Source: Octopus sinensis
Taxonomy: Eukaryota
Length of the DNA stretch: 64,000 nucleotides
Reading direction: 5' to 3'
Assembly: GCF_006345805.1 (NCBI RefSeq)
Contig: NC_043004.1
Coordinates: 82,460,001-82,524,000 of the forward strand
Positions 1 through 13,185 of the stretch are shown here, piece by piece (within the stretch, counting starts at the first letter, position 1; each line of letters begins with the position of its first letter). The position numbers and the translations under genes are program-made. The notes beneath the pieces are model-generated. The model was not told the DNA's origin, searched no databases, and saw nothing but the letters and a program-made list of their open reading frames with translations.

Positions 1-1508
1 AAGTTAACCAGAAAACTGCCTACAACCATTTGCGTGTGGCGTGCTAACGTTTCTACCAGCTCATTGCTTTTCCTTCATGCTAATACCGTAGTAGTTACTT
101 ACCTCCATTTTAGCCTCTGGGGTAATATCACCAATGTTTGATTTGTAAATTTCCTGTAGAATACCATGGCTCTAAAATCACAAATAAGATAATGCTATTT
201 TTTAATATTTAGTTTAATAAGTCTTGGCAGTGAATGATGGACAACAAGGATTGCAAAAGTTCGTATGCATAGCTAGTTCTATGATGAAAGGATAAGCATA
301 GGAAGACCATGGCTTCGTTACAAGTATGAGCTCAGAACTAACCTGAAAGTGATAAAGATTGCTTCAGAAGCATTAAAAGAAAAGCTGCATTGAATGTAAC
401 GAGGTGAGGTTAACTTGTTACAAAGCTGTAGGAAATTCGAAATTAAATCGCTGGATGGCTGTGCAGATACTAAGGTGAGATAGTTGTTGTTTCACGTGAA
501 CGGCCGATTTACTAAAGAATCAACGTCAAGCCATCACGAGATTCGGTTTTCTAAAACCTTTTAACGTGCCACATAACAAAGTTGGATTTTTGGCGGTAAC
601 TTCAGAATATTTAGGCAGTTACTGTAACGACTCAATTCCCGTTTATTATTCATCAACCGTGCTGATACACGGTACAGATTTGCCATCATGAATTTAACGG
701 AATTATTTTTCCAATTGTAATGAGCTAGTCAAAGACTGAAACGTACCAGCTATTTCATCATAGACTCCATTTGTGTCGAATATCAACAACTTTTTTAAGC
801 ACCGAAGGAACGTCGGAAACTATTCTTTTTCGAAGGTGGGACGTGCTGAGATTCCCATTTGGTGTAAGCAGCAGAATGCACCAAACACAGCTTGATTGAT
901 ATTGGTTGAACAAAAAGAACAAACAAAATAATGTAATGGGTACAGGTATGAGGTCAGGGACAATAAGAGTACTTGGAGCGAACTTGACGAACACTTTACA
1001 TCAAACGGCTGTTGAAAAAGACTTGATAGTGTATATTCTCAAAAAAATATTCTGAATCTGTTACACTTTCAGTTCTCAAAATGCACGAGGAAAAATATGG
1101 TTGTGAGTTATCAACATCATGCCTTGAGGGAATGCACAAAATGACAGGGGAAATTCATCATATTTACACAAAACTGCTTGATTAAATATCTTACTTTTCC
1201 TTTTCTTTTTTCTTTCTTTTTCATTTTGCTAGTTGTAAAATTGAAAGTTGAAGACTGATGTTGTTATTCTGTCAAAGTGGGAACGCAGTTTGCTCTAGTT
1301 CAAACTTTTGGATTTGAATTTCTATAACTTTCAATTTCTATGTATCACTTTTCATTTTGACCATGACAGTGACGGGTAAGCTGTCGAAATATTGTTCAAA
1401 CCAATAAAATATCTATTGCAATCATATCACGTTCTTCATGTTGTCTAGTTAACTTTGTGAGTAGTTTCGTCAATCCTTTTAAAATATCATCATCATCATC
1501 ATTACTAA

Positions 1509-1579
<71 letters not shown>

Positions 1580-1581
<2 letters not shown>

Positions 1582-1789
1582 TAGTTTTATTTTTATAGCG
1601 TGCTTTCACTTCACTACCGAGCACAGCTCTGTGTGCCTTGGGTATGTGCTGTGATTTGTTGTGATGCTCTGATGGTTATTGTATGGAAAGTGTTCTGCGT
1701 AGGATGTGTGCAGTGCCTAGTAGTGCACTCTTCTGTATGTTATATGTGTTTGTAAGTCCTGGTGTTTTTGTTATGTATTTGTCTGAATA

Positions 1790-1792
<3 letters not shown>
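1580..1792 (-). mobile_element. 3' end of an RLE-type non-LTR retrotransposon (R4/Dong-like), 5'-truncated, embedded in (TAA)n
   Basis: Minus frame reads ...IQKSALLGTAHILRRTLSIQ*, typical of the C-terminus of R4/Dong-type ORFs. A short 3' UTR follows, and both sides are (ATT)n tracts. Confidence 0.7.
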
Positions 1793-1850
<58 letters not shown>

Positions 1851-1860
1851 TTGTTTTTTT

Positions 1861-3500
1861 CCGTCACGAGAAAATGAATAATTAACGCGGAGAGCGTTGA
1901 AGAATTTTCACGCGGAGAAATTAAAAACTCGACAGAGGAGCAACAAACATTTTTCTGTGTATATTTCAAGAAAAATCTGTAAAATTATGGAAAACCTGAT
2001 AAAGGGTTTAGTTGAGTTAGAAAAGCAGCAACAACAACAAATGTTACAGCAACAAATACTAGCTAATGAACCTAATAACAAAACTGGAAAACACATTTTC
2101 GCTAGACTACGTATCAAATTCAATAAATAAAGTTAAATATGACCCGCAAGAAAGAATCACATTTAAGGCATATTACAGAAGATATGAACAAATTTTCGGA
2201 AAAAATGCTTAGACTGTGCGACGAAATGAAAACGCGTCTAATTCTGAGGAAACTGGTGACGACAGAGCATGAGAAATACTGTAACCTTATATTGCGTAAA
2301 CTGTTTCTGACATAAATTTCACGGACACTATAGACATTTTATGTAGGATGTTTAGTGAAAATACACCGTTATTTAACACACGTTGGAAGTGTTTGAACAT
2401 TGAGAAAAGCGATAATGAGGAGTTTACCGCACACGCAGGAAGAATGAATAGAGAGTGTGAGAGATTTAAACTGGATAAACTAACTCCAGACTCGTTTAAA
2501 TGTCTGGTTCTCACTGAGGGACTTACTGCTAGAAAGGACGCAGAAGTCAGAGTGAAAATTCTCGGAAAAACTGGAGATAAACCAGAATATAACTCTTCAG
2601 AAACTGTCAGAAGAGTACGATATGATATTAGAATTAAGGCATGACATATAAGAAACTCAACGTAGAGGCTGTTTACAGATAAAATCAGTTCGAAAAGTCG
2701 GATGACGGATAAAGTGTTTCACAGAAAACAAGATATATATCAGGAGATAAAACCATGTATGGCATGTAGTAGTAGGCACCTGAGAAAAGAACAGAAAAAG
2801 CGAAATGCTTTCATTGCAGGAACACAGGAGACATTAAATCGCAAAGAAGAACTACGTTGACAAAAAATGGACCCAACGAGAAAAAATAAATAGTTTCCCA
2901 TCTGAGAAAATTTGTTTAGAACGAACAGTAAATTCATCAAGGTGAGTATCGAAATCATTAGAGTCAAATTGCGATTCGACACGTGCAGTAATATCACTAT
3001 CATAAATGTAGAAGCAAGGCGACACTTTGGTAAGACGAAATCATTTAAATCAAATAAAATAGCATATAGTGTTAGAGAAAATAACTTATATTTCATCGGC
3101 AAATGTATTTTCAACGTAATGTTTGGAGGTGAAACGAAAAGGACAAGCCTTTATGAGCTGAAAAAAGATCATTAAATCTATTTAAGATATGGGATATCGC
3201 CATCAGTGTTCCCTGTGAAAATATAGTTGGTACAGTTAAAATTTCGGATGAAGTCGAACAACTGAGACAAGAAATTAAAAATTGTTTCCAAATGTATTTT
3301 TGGAAGGATCAGGCTATTGCGCTAAAACGAAAGCGTGGATTGTGGTAAAAGAAAAGCCAACACCTGTTTTTAGGCTCAGACGGAATGTGCCATTTGCGGC
3401 GATGGACTAGAAAGTCTAGCTATAACTGAAAAAGACCACTATTCATAATGGGCAACTGCGACAGTCTGTAGAAAGAAGAAAAGTAATAAACTAAGAGTCC
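1861..3500 (+). mobile_element. Degenerate Ty3/gypsy LTR retrotransposon gag-protease remnant
   Basis: Broken ORFs: ENTPLFNTRWKCLNIEK...RECERFKLDKLTPDSFKCLV (gag), KPCIACSSRH (decayed Zn knuckle), VKLRFDTCSNITIIN (decayed DTG aspartic protease motif). Many stops and frameshifts. Confidence 0.8.
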
Positions 3501-3544
3501 CATGATATATATATATATACACGAGGACGTCCCATATATATGTA

Positions 3545-3850
3545 TCACCGTGACCGTGACCGACCAGGCTATCAGATGTTGCTACATATCGCTGGTCACA
3601 ATGCGCTTCGCATTGTTTTAGCCTTCAAATGACGCCACCACGCTGGCTAAGCAAGCAGGCAAACAGAAGAGAGAGTGAGAGAAAGTTTTGGTGAAAGAGT
3701 TCAGCAGGGATCGCCACCATCCCCTGCCGGAGCCTCGTGGAACTTTTGGTGTTTTCGCTCCATAAACACTCACAACATCCGGGCTGGGAATCGAAACTGC
3801 GATCCTACAACCGCGAGTCCGCTGACTTAACCATTGGGCTATTGCGCCTA
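3545..3850 (-). mobile_element. tRNA-derived SINE
   Basis: Minus strand begins GGCGCAATAGCCCAATGGTTAAG (A box) ... GTTTCGATTCC (B box) and continues into a non-tRNA body. Confidence 0.75.
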
Positions 3851-4458
3851 CGCACACTCACATACACACACACACACACACATACACAAACATATATATA
3901 AACATATATACAGAGAGAGAGAGAGGAGAGAGAGAGATAGTGGAGAGAGAAAGAGATAGATAGATATATAGACACACAAAAGCTGACATACAGATATGCA
4001 TGAGTGTATGTATGCATGATATAGTGTCCGAATATTGCCGATGGGTTGCCTGAAATAAACATTTCATCTGGTAGAGTCTCTTGTCTATAGTTTTCGATTT
4101 CCATGGTCTATAAGTAACTGGGATGACGGCATTTGAGTTAAGGGGATAGTTGTCGGTTGCTGAGTCCCCTTCTTACAATTTTGATGGAGAGCATGAGTCG
4201 AATACTTCACTTCACAATAGTACCTGATTGAGATTTTATTGTATCAACCACGAAGGGAGCAAAGTAAAGTGGGCGTGATTGTGATTTCAAATTAGAATGT
4301 ACAAAGGACGAACGAATACAACTAATTTGTACGACGCCCCATCGTCGCCCACTTCGAAAGAATTTAATAGGACCAATAACGAAGAAATGAATGCGTTTCT
4401 CCATCTTGGTTTGAGTTGAATATTGCTGACAATGCTAAATATGCAAGAGTTTACTTAC

Positions 4459-5127
4459 CTTGTTATACAGTATTATGCCTTCATGGAAATACTTGAGCAT
4501 TGCAAATGTGCTGCCAAGCAAGAAGCATACCATAAAAGCTATCTCCTCTATCTCCAGTAGATCATTTAGTGTTCCATATATCGTACAAAAAATAGCGCAT
4601 GGGACATAGAATATGACTGTTGATAACTGGAGCTGAAATTTTTCACTGACCAGTTCGAGTAGTTTACAAAGTATTCGATGTTTTTGTGATATCTCGGCTA
4701 TCAAATGACTTTTAGCTTTGCATTTATTTATAGAATTTCCCTGTTTTATATCATGCATACGTTTCGGAAAGCCTTCATTAAGTTTATCGAACTCCTGTTT
4801 CACGATCTCCATAAAAAAAACAGGGACTATATACTCGTTATAACGCATTAAAACAAGTGATAAAGTCAGCATATAAGTTGTTACTAGAATTGGTAGGAAA
4901 AGGTAGTCAGAGCTTTTCGCTGGGAAAGGAAAGATCTGTAGAAAATCCGTATATGTAATATAAAACGGTAAAATGATGTAATAGATAAATTTTGAAATGC
5001 AATTTACCATGAGAAGAACCAGACGCTTTCGTTTATGCTTATTCCACAGCTTAGAATAAATTTTCAGGCGATCAGCTGGTAATTGGTAATTAATAAAACA
5101 GCTGGTAATTGGTAATAAATAAACAGG
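4459..5127 (-). pseudogene. GRL copy A, 5'-deleted (lacks the N-terminal ~115 codons, TM1-TM2)
   Basis: Homologous to copy C from FINYQLPADRLK to IILYNK|GTAAGT. At ~5127 the sequence jumps directly into the internal part of the upstream SINE (about 610 bp missing relative to C). Confidence 0.8.
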
Positions 5128-5280
5128 TCTGTCTTTACTTTCTGAGTTCACATACCGCCAACTTTGACATTGCCTTTCATCCGTTTGATGTTGATAAATT
5201 AAGTACCACTTGCGTGCTGTGGTCGATCTAATCGACTAGCCCACCCCACCTAAAACCTCGGGGTCTGAGTCTAGAGTAGA
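5128..5280 (+). mobile_element. Partial SINE (3' part of the family upstream of each minus-strand GRL)
   Basis: Matches 19741-19892. Confidence 0.7.
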
Positions 5281-5403
5281 AAAGAAAATTTCGAGAAAAA
5301 GCGTATCACAATATATTAAACAATGTACTGAATGATGTTAAGTGTTGGTAAATTTCATACTTCGTTAATAGAGCAATCCCAAATACAATAACATGTATAA
5401 ACA

Positions 5404-5459
<56 letters not shown>

Positions 5460-5980
5460 TATATATGTATGTATTATGTGTGTCTGTATGTGCGTGCGAC
5501 TGTGTAAAGTATTACTTGCGATTGGTTGATTTCAATAGGCGTTGTCTCTTCCTTGTCTCATCGTTGTTATGAGACAAACCTGATTTGAGTAAATGCGTAA
5601 TAGATTGTTATTGATCGATTCTTAATTAACTGATTGGTTTGTATTGGACGGCAATAATACTTCCGTTGTACATTATAACGATCAACATTGATACGCTTGC
5701 TGCATGGAAATACGCACACACACATATGTATATATATATTATATATATATATATATATAATATGGTTATCAGTAATAATATAGGGTGAAATTAATTAATT
5801 TGGAATAATCATTAATTTCACCAAGTAGATTTCGGCATGTAAAAGCTCCATTCGAGGAAAGTTAAAGTAATACTAAGTAATTAAGGGTTAGCAACGATTT
5901 GCCTCACCACGAACGAATTTAGAAATAGCAGTCAAAGAGTTATAGCTATTCTTTCTACTTTTAGAAATATATATATATCA

Positions 5981-6014
<34 letters not shown>

Positions 6015-6015
<1 letters not shown>

Positions 6016-7545
6016 ACGGGAAGCTTTATGAAAATAGACAAAAGACGAAGGCAGGTGGAAAACAAACAAACAATTGTATAGTATGGCGCTCAGGAAATAT
6101 AAATAAAACAAGTCTTTAACGTTTCGAGCCTACGCTCTTCACAACAGAAAGATACACAGAGAGAAAAAAACACAGAAAGAAGGAGAGAAAAAAAATGCGT
6201 GCAGTAACTATCGAACCAACATGGCGATCTGATTTCGGCCAGAAGTCAAAGATCAAACATGAGACGCGAGAGCGAAATTAGGGGAGATAATAGGGTTGAG
6301 TGACCAGCTCCACCATAAGGGTGTGTGTGTGTGTGTGTATGAGAGAGTATTAGTGCGTATGAGAGGTCTGGACGTGTGCATGTATAGAGTTGGTGTATGT
6401 ATTAGTATGTATTAGTATGTATAAGGGTGTGTGTGTGCGTGTGTATGAGAGAGTATTAGTGCGTATGAGAGGTCTGGACGTGTGTATGTATGGGGTTGGT
6501 GTATGTATTAGTATGTATTAGTACGTATTAGTATGTATAAGGGTGTGTGTGTGTGTGTGTGTATGAGAGAGTATTAGTGCGTATGAGAGGTCTGGACGTG
6601 TGTATGTATGGGGTTGGTGTATGTATTAGTATGTATTAGTATGTATTAGTACGTATTAGTATGTATAAGGGTGTGTGTGTGTGTGTATGAGAGAGTATTA
6701 GTGCGTATGAGAGGTCTGTACGTGTGTATGTATGGGGTTGGTGTATGTATTAGTATGTATTAGTATGTATTAGTTGGTGTATGTATTAGTATGGCACATC
6801 ATATATGATGTGATGTGTAAAGTCGAGTGGTGTAGTGTGGAGAGAGGAGAAGAGGGGGAGGGGGATATGAGTGGGAGAGGGGGGATATGAGGGGGAGAAG
6901 GAAGGGGAGGAGAGGAGGGGGAGAGGGGGTGAGAGAGGAGGGGAGAAGGAAGTGGAGGAGGAGGAAGGAGGAAAGAGGGAGAAGGGAGAAAGAAGGGGAG
7001 TGAGGGAGCAGAGGGAAGGGGAAGGAGGGAGGGAGAAAGAGGGAAGAAGGGAAGGGGAGTAGGGGTGAAAGGATGGGGACTGAATAAGTAGGGGTCGTGG
7101 GGGGAGGTAGATGAGGAGGGGGAGAGGGGGGTTAGATGAGGAGGGGGAGAGTTGAGACCAAATGGCGTATAAGAGCGAAGAGAGAAGATTAATTCCTGTT
7201 CACGGGGCAAACGGGAATCCGGATGGCTCTGTGTAAGGACAAACCGAACACAGATAGGTGTTGCAAGGAGTGACCGGTGGAGCGGAAATGGCGAGAGACC
7301 GGTGTGTCGTTCGCAAAGTGGATGTCACGAAGGTGTTCCGCGAACCGGTCAGCCAAGCGGCGTCCCGTTTGTCCGATATATATAATATATGTATACATTT
7401 TGTTCTTTTACTTGGCTCGGCTATTAGACTACCGCCATGCGAAGGCCTTGAATTTTTCGTCAAGCGAATCAACGTCAGAACTTATATTTTTCGAAATATG
7501 GGTACCTAATCTCTCCGTTCCGCTTTGTCGAATCGCTTATTTTAC
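6015..7545 (-). mobile_element. 5'-truncated Penelope-like element: GIY-YIG C-terminus, purine tract, minisatellite, 3' repeat with hammerhead-like motif
   Basis: Minus frame YIGQTGRRLADRFAEHLRDI...RHFRSTGHS...EQELIFSLRSYTPFGLN is the GIY-YIG endonuclease tail of PLEs. Confidence 0.8.
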
Positions 7546-7964
7546 GGTGTCGTAAACACAGCAAAATCAGGGTTGTCGAGTGATGGTGGTTGGGACAAAC
7601 ACAGATACTCAGATACATACATACGTACATACATACATACATACATACATACATACATACATAAATACATACATACATACATAAATACATACGGACATAC
7701 ATATATATATATATATACATACATACATACATACATCATGCATGCATACATAATACAAACATACATACATACATGCATACATAATACATACATACATGCT
7801 TAAATACATACGTACATACATACATAAATACATACATACATACATACATACATGCATAAATACATACGTACATACATACATAAATACATATATACAACAT
7901 ACATACATACGTACATACATACATACATGCGTAATAGATACATAAATACATACATAATACATAT

Positions 7965-8995
7965 ATTTCATCGGCTAAGTATTTTCAACGTAATGTTTGG
8001 AGGTGTAACGAAAAAGAAGATCCTTTATGCGTTGAAAAAACTCACTAAATCTATTTAAGATATGAAATACCCTTATTAGTGTTCTCAGTGAAAATATAGC
8101 TGGTACGGTTTAAATTTCGGAAGAAGTCGTACAACTGAAACAGGAAATTAAAAATTGTTTCCAAATGTACTTTTGGAAGGATTAGGCTGTTGCACTAAAA
8201 CGATAGCGAGGAACGTGGTAAAAGAAAAGCCAACGCCTTTTGAAGCTCAAACGGAATGTGCCATTTGCGGCGATGGACTAGATCAATAAAGAGCATGAAA
8301 GAGAAGAATTTCTAGCTATAATTGGAAAAGACGGTCATTCATACTAGTCACCTGCGACAGTCTGTACAAGGAAGAAAAAGTACTAAAACAAGAGTGTATA
8401 CGGACGTTTCAACTGGATTAGAGAAATATTTACCCGAACACAGCTCTCCATTACCATGCCAGATGAAGTGTTCTGAAAGCTAAATGGAGGAAAATTTTTT
8501 CTCGAAAATAGACTTGAAACCACGCATAAAAGTGGAAGGAAAAAAAAGAACACAGTTCCTACAAATGGTCGCCAAAAAGAAATGAAAATATTACGTTGAA
8601 AAAAAATCGCTAAAATGGGAGAAGAGGTAAATAACGTAAGATGAATCTACTTGCTTCCCACACAAAAAACTCTAAGGTGGGATTTGTTCTAGTGAAAATG
8701 ACGCACTACTTCAACGTGGCTAAGTGGTATGACCAACCACTATAAAGACACACTGTCCATTGCTGTACGGTGTCAGTAGTAAAGTCGTTGAACGTGATTT
8801 CTATTGAAGTTAGTGTCATTTAAGTGATATATACGAATTCGAGTTACCGTCAAGGTAGACGTTTCACAGTCATTGTCTTGCGGATCTATGAGCGATAGCA
8901 CGATAGACGAGTCAAAGATAACAAGACGCAGAATACCGTAACAACATAATTATGCGACAAGATTATTACGGTTCCGATGACAACATACAAGTGGA
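7965..8995 (+). mobile_element. Ty3/gypsy remnant carried in the tandem unit
   Basis: 7965-8390 is homologous to 3090-3490 (IFNVMFGG...LYALKK). Further copies at ~15595-16640, 22795-23345 and 27010-27560. Confidence 0.65.
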
Positions 8996-9027
8996 CGAGA
9001 ATCCACATTACAACACACACACAGACA

Positions 9028-9091
<64 letters not shown>

Positions 9092-9112
9092 ATATATATA
9101 TATATAATATAA

Positions 9113-9145
<33 letters not shown>

Positions 9146-9170
9146 AAATATAGATATATATACATATATA

Positions 9171-9206
<36 letters not shown>

Positions 9207-9783
9207 AGAGAGAGAGAGAGAGGGAAAGAGAGATAGTGGGAGGAGAGAGAACGATTTATATATACTACTACTACAACCACCATGGTCACTACTATTACTA
9301 CTACGATCAACAGTCTTCCACTGCTGCTGCTGCTGCTATCACTGCTGCCAATGAACTGCCACCACAACTCCATCCACAGCTGCTGCTGCTGCTACTACTG
9401 CTACAGCCAATGAGCTGCTGCAACTCCAACCACCACCACCACCACCACCACCACACCACAGTTATGCTATTACGACCAACAGTCACTGCTGCTACTGCCA
9501 TTTCGGCCACTGGTCATTTCCTTATTTTATTCGAACACATAAGACAGCTATTATGCTTCCTCCCCACAAAAAAGAACATCACGTGAATTATTTTGACACC
9601 AGTAAGAAACAATTATGAACTTTTTTATTACACTTAACTTTTTAAAATATTTTTGATAAGGTTCATTTTTCAAGAAGAACCGAAACATGTAAAATTTCTA
9701 AGAAAATTATAACTTATCTTATATAGTGGGTTTTTCACACTACTTTTTTATAAATATATACCCACTCGTATACGCCCTACACT

Positions 9784-9854
<71 letters not shown>

Positions 9855-10863
9855 GATAGATAGAATATGAATTATTTGCGTAATGAGATTAAAAAAAACA
9901 AGCCTGTATAGATATTAGAGCATTTATAGATAGAATGTCTTACAGCTGTTTCTAGAATATTAATTAATAATAATACCCTTTCATCGGAGACGGCGTGAGG
10001 GGAAAAATTAAGTCATAGTTAGTTTCGATGTGATACAAATAGAGAGTGAGGTGGAGGAAAAAAAATAGATGTAAGATATTCTCCCCTCACTTCTATTTTA
10101 TATCACAACGAAATTATGACTTAAATTTCCTCTCACACCATCTCCGATGAAGGGATATTATTATTAATAAATATCTTAGAAACAGCGCTGTAAGACCTTC
10201 TATCTATAAATGCTCTATATCTATACAGCCTTGGCTTTTTTTTTATCACATTACGCTAATAATTCATATATACACGCTGACATAGAACCAAAGTTGAACT
10301 CTTTATTCGCAATATTACCGAATCTGGAACTTAACTATGGTCTGTCTATAGCACCTATTCAGCATTACCTAACACCTTTGGATGTCAATGACACCATTAT
10401 CTATTATAACCTCAACTTCTCGCTTATATATATAGGTAGACACAATTTACCTGACAAATTAATTTCTTTCCTTTGAACCCTAGCAACTCACAAAACATAG
10501 TGTTCAATTTCCATGGGCTATAACGAACTGGGATAACAGCATTTATCTGAAGGTGATATTTGTTGGTTGCCGAGTCCAATACGTGAATACGAGAAAACGA
10601 GTCGAATACTTCACTTCACAATAGTACTGATTGATATTTACGGTATCGACCCTGAAGGGAGCAAAGTAAAATCGAGGTGATTGTCATTTCAAATGAGAAA
10701 TTACAAAGGAAGAAGAAATAGAGCTAAGTAATTCGTACGACGCCCCATCGTCGCCGACTTCGAAAGAATTTAATAGGACCAATAATGAAGAAATGAATGC
10801 GTTTCTCCATCTTGGTTTGAGTTGAATATTGCTGACAATGCTAAATATGCAAGAGTTACTTAC

Positions 10864-11861
10864 CTTGTTATACAGTATTATGCCTCCATGGAAATACTTG
10901 AGCATTGCAAATGTGCTGCCAAGCAAGAAGCATACCATAAAAGCTATCTCCTCTATCTCCAGTAGATCATTTAGTGTTCATATATCGTATAAAAAATAGC
11001 GGATGGGACATAGAATATGACTGTTGCTAATTGGAGCTGAAATTTTTCACTGACCAGTTCGAGTAGTTTACAAAGTATTCGATGTTTTTGTGATATCTCG
11101 GCTATCAAACGACTTTTAGCTTTGCATTTATTTATAGAATTTCCCTGTTTTATATCGAGCATACCTTTCGGAAAGCCTTCATTAAGTTTATCGAACTCCT
11201 GTTTCACGATCTCGATAAGGAAAAGGGGGGACTATATACTCGTTATAACGCATTAAAACAAGTGATAAAGTCAGCATATATGTTGTTACTAGAATTGGTA
11301 GGAAAAGGTAGTCAGAGCTTTTCGCTGGGAAAGGAAAGATCTGTAGAAAATCCGTATATGTAATATAAAACGGTAAAATGATGTAATAGATAAATTTTGA
11401 AATGCAATTTACCATGAGAAGAACCAGACTCTTTCGTTTATGCTTATTCCACAGCTTAGAATAAATTTTCAGGCGATCAGCTGGTAATTGGTAATTAATA
11501 AAACAGGTTATTTTCTCTAATTGGTCAGGACATATATTAAAAAATATATACAGTATGAAATTTGAAAAAAGTTTAAAAATGAAACACAGACTGATACAAT
11601 AAACAAACCAAACTTCTTTGATGAAATAATTGTCCCAATGAATACAAAATATCGCAGAGCGTCAGCCAATATCATAGCATAGAGTAAACAATAAGATATA
11701 TATGAAATGCGATCGAATAATCCAAAGGAATTCCAAGTATTTCGTGTCATTTTCATGCGGCGTAGAGGGAAGTAATCAGGTGGCTTTAAGGAATGAATAA
11801 AATCATAAAGGTTACATTCTTTTGTATGTCCTTTGTTTCCATCTGCAGTCGAATACACCAT
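10864..11861 (-). pseudogene. GRL copy B, long first exon with three 1-bp frameshifts (possibly assembly errors)
   Basis: ORF pieces 11517-11861, 11188-11415, 10971-11207 and 10684-10938 reassemble into a near-identical copy of C. Donor GTAAGT at 10863-10858. Confidence 0.75.
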
Positions 11862-11886
11862 TTTTGTTTAATTAGATCGGAAAAAA

Positions 11887-12272
11887 GGCAGTGAGATGAC
11901 AGAAATGTTAGATACAGGTCGAAATGCTTAGCAGTATTTCGTTTGCTGTTACGTTCTGAGTTCAAATTCCGCCGAGGTCGACTTTGCTTTTCATCCGGGG
12001 TTGATTAAATATGTAGCAGTTACGCACTGGTGTCGATGTAATCCACTTAATCCGTTTGTCTCTCCTTGTTGTCCCCTCTGTGTTTAGCCCCTTGTAGGTA
12101 GTAAGGAAATAGGTATTTCGTCTGTCTTTACTCTCTGAGTTCACTACCGCCAAGGTTGACATTGCCTTTCATCCGTTTGATGTTGATAAATTAAGTACCA
12201 CTTGCGTGCTGTGTTCGATCTAATCGACTAGCCACCCCACTAAAACCTCGGGCTGAGCCTAGAGTAGAAAAG
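11887..12272 (+). mobile_element. Tandem/compound tRNA-derived SINE
   Basis: GGCAGTGAGATGACAGAA head, GTTCAAATTCC B-box-like motif and a duplicated body. Confidence 0.75.
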
Positions 12273-12388
12273 AAAATTTCGAGAAAAAACGTATCACAAT
12301 ATATTAAACAATGTACTGAATGATTAAGTGTTGGTAAATTTCATACTTCGTTAATAGAGCAATCCCAAATACAATAACATTTATAAAC

Positions 12389-12434
<46 letters not shown>

Positions 12435-12701
12435 TTATATTATAATTATATATGTATGTATTATGTGTGTCTGTATGTGCGTGCGACTGTGTAAAGTATT
12501 ACTTGCGATTGGTTGATTTCAATAGGCGTTGTCTCTTCCTTGTCTCATCGTTGTTATGAGACAAACCTGATTTGAGTAAATGCGTAATAGATTGTTATTG
12601 ATCGATTCTTAATTAACTGATTGGTTTGTATGGACGGCAATAATACTTCCGTTGTACATTATAAGCGATCAACATTGATACGCTTGCTGCATGGAAATAC
12701 G

Positions 12702-12741
<40 letters not shown>

Positions 12742-12875
12742 TATATAATATATATATTATATATATATAGGGTTATCAGTAATAATATAGGGTGAAATTA
12801 ATTAATTTGGAATAATCATTAATTTCACCGTAGATTCTTGGCATGTAAAAGCTCCATTCGAGGAAAGTAAAGTAA

Positions 12876-13121
12876 TACTAAGTAATTAAGGGTTTGCAAC
12901 GATTTGCCTCACCACGAACCGAATTTAGAAATAGCAGTCAAAGAGTTATAGCTATTCTTTCTACTTTTAGTAGAAAGAATAGATATAACTTTGACTGCTA
13001 TTTCTAAATTCGGTGTGTGGTGAGGCAAATCGTTGCTAAACCCTTAATTACTTAGTATAATATATATATATTATATTATATATATATTATATTAATATAT
13101 CTATATATATATATATATAAC

Positions 13122-13185
<64 letters not shown>

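Noticed and set aside
200-1150. Possible hAT transposase fossil on the minus strand (WSL**NSWYVSVFD*LI resembling FSLMxDETTDVS..QL)
   Set aside because: Too degraded to support by eye; needs a tBLASTx/Dfam search.
3770-3850. tRNA gene candidates (also ~43480-43530 and 49146-49215)
   Set aside because: A/B boxes are present but there is no complete cloverleaf, and they continue into SINE bodies.
7475-7971. Many ORFs of MYVC/YIYI/THTH/IIII/LLLL/NNNN type here and throughout the window
   Set aside because: They are translations of (TACA)n, (TA)n, (CA)n, (ATT)n and (CTAT)n microsatellites.
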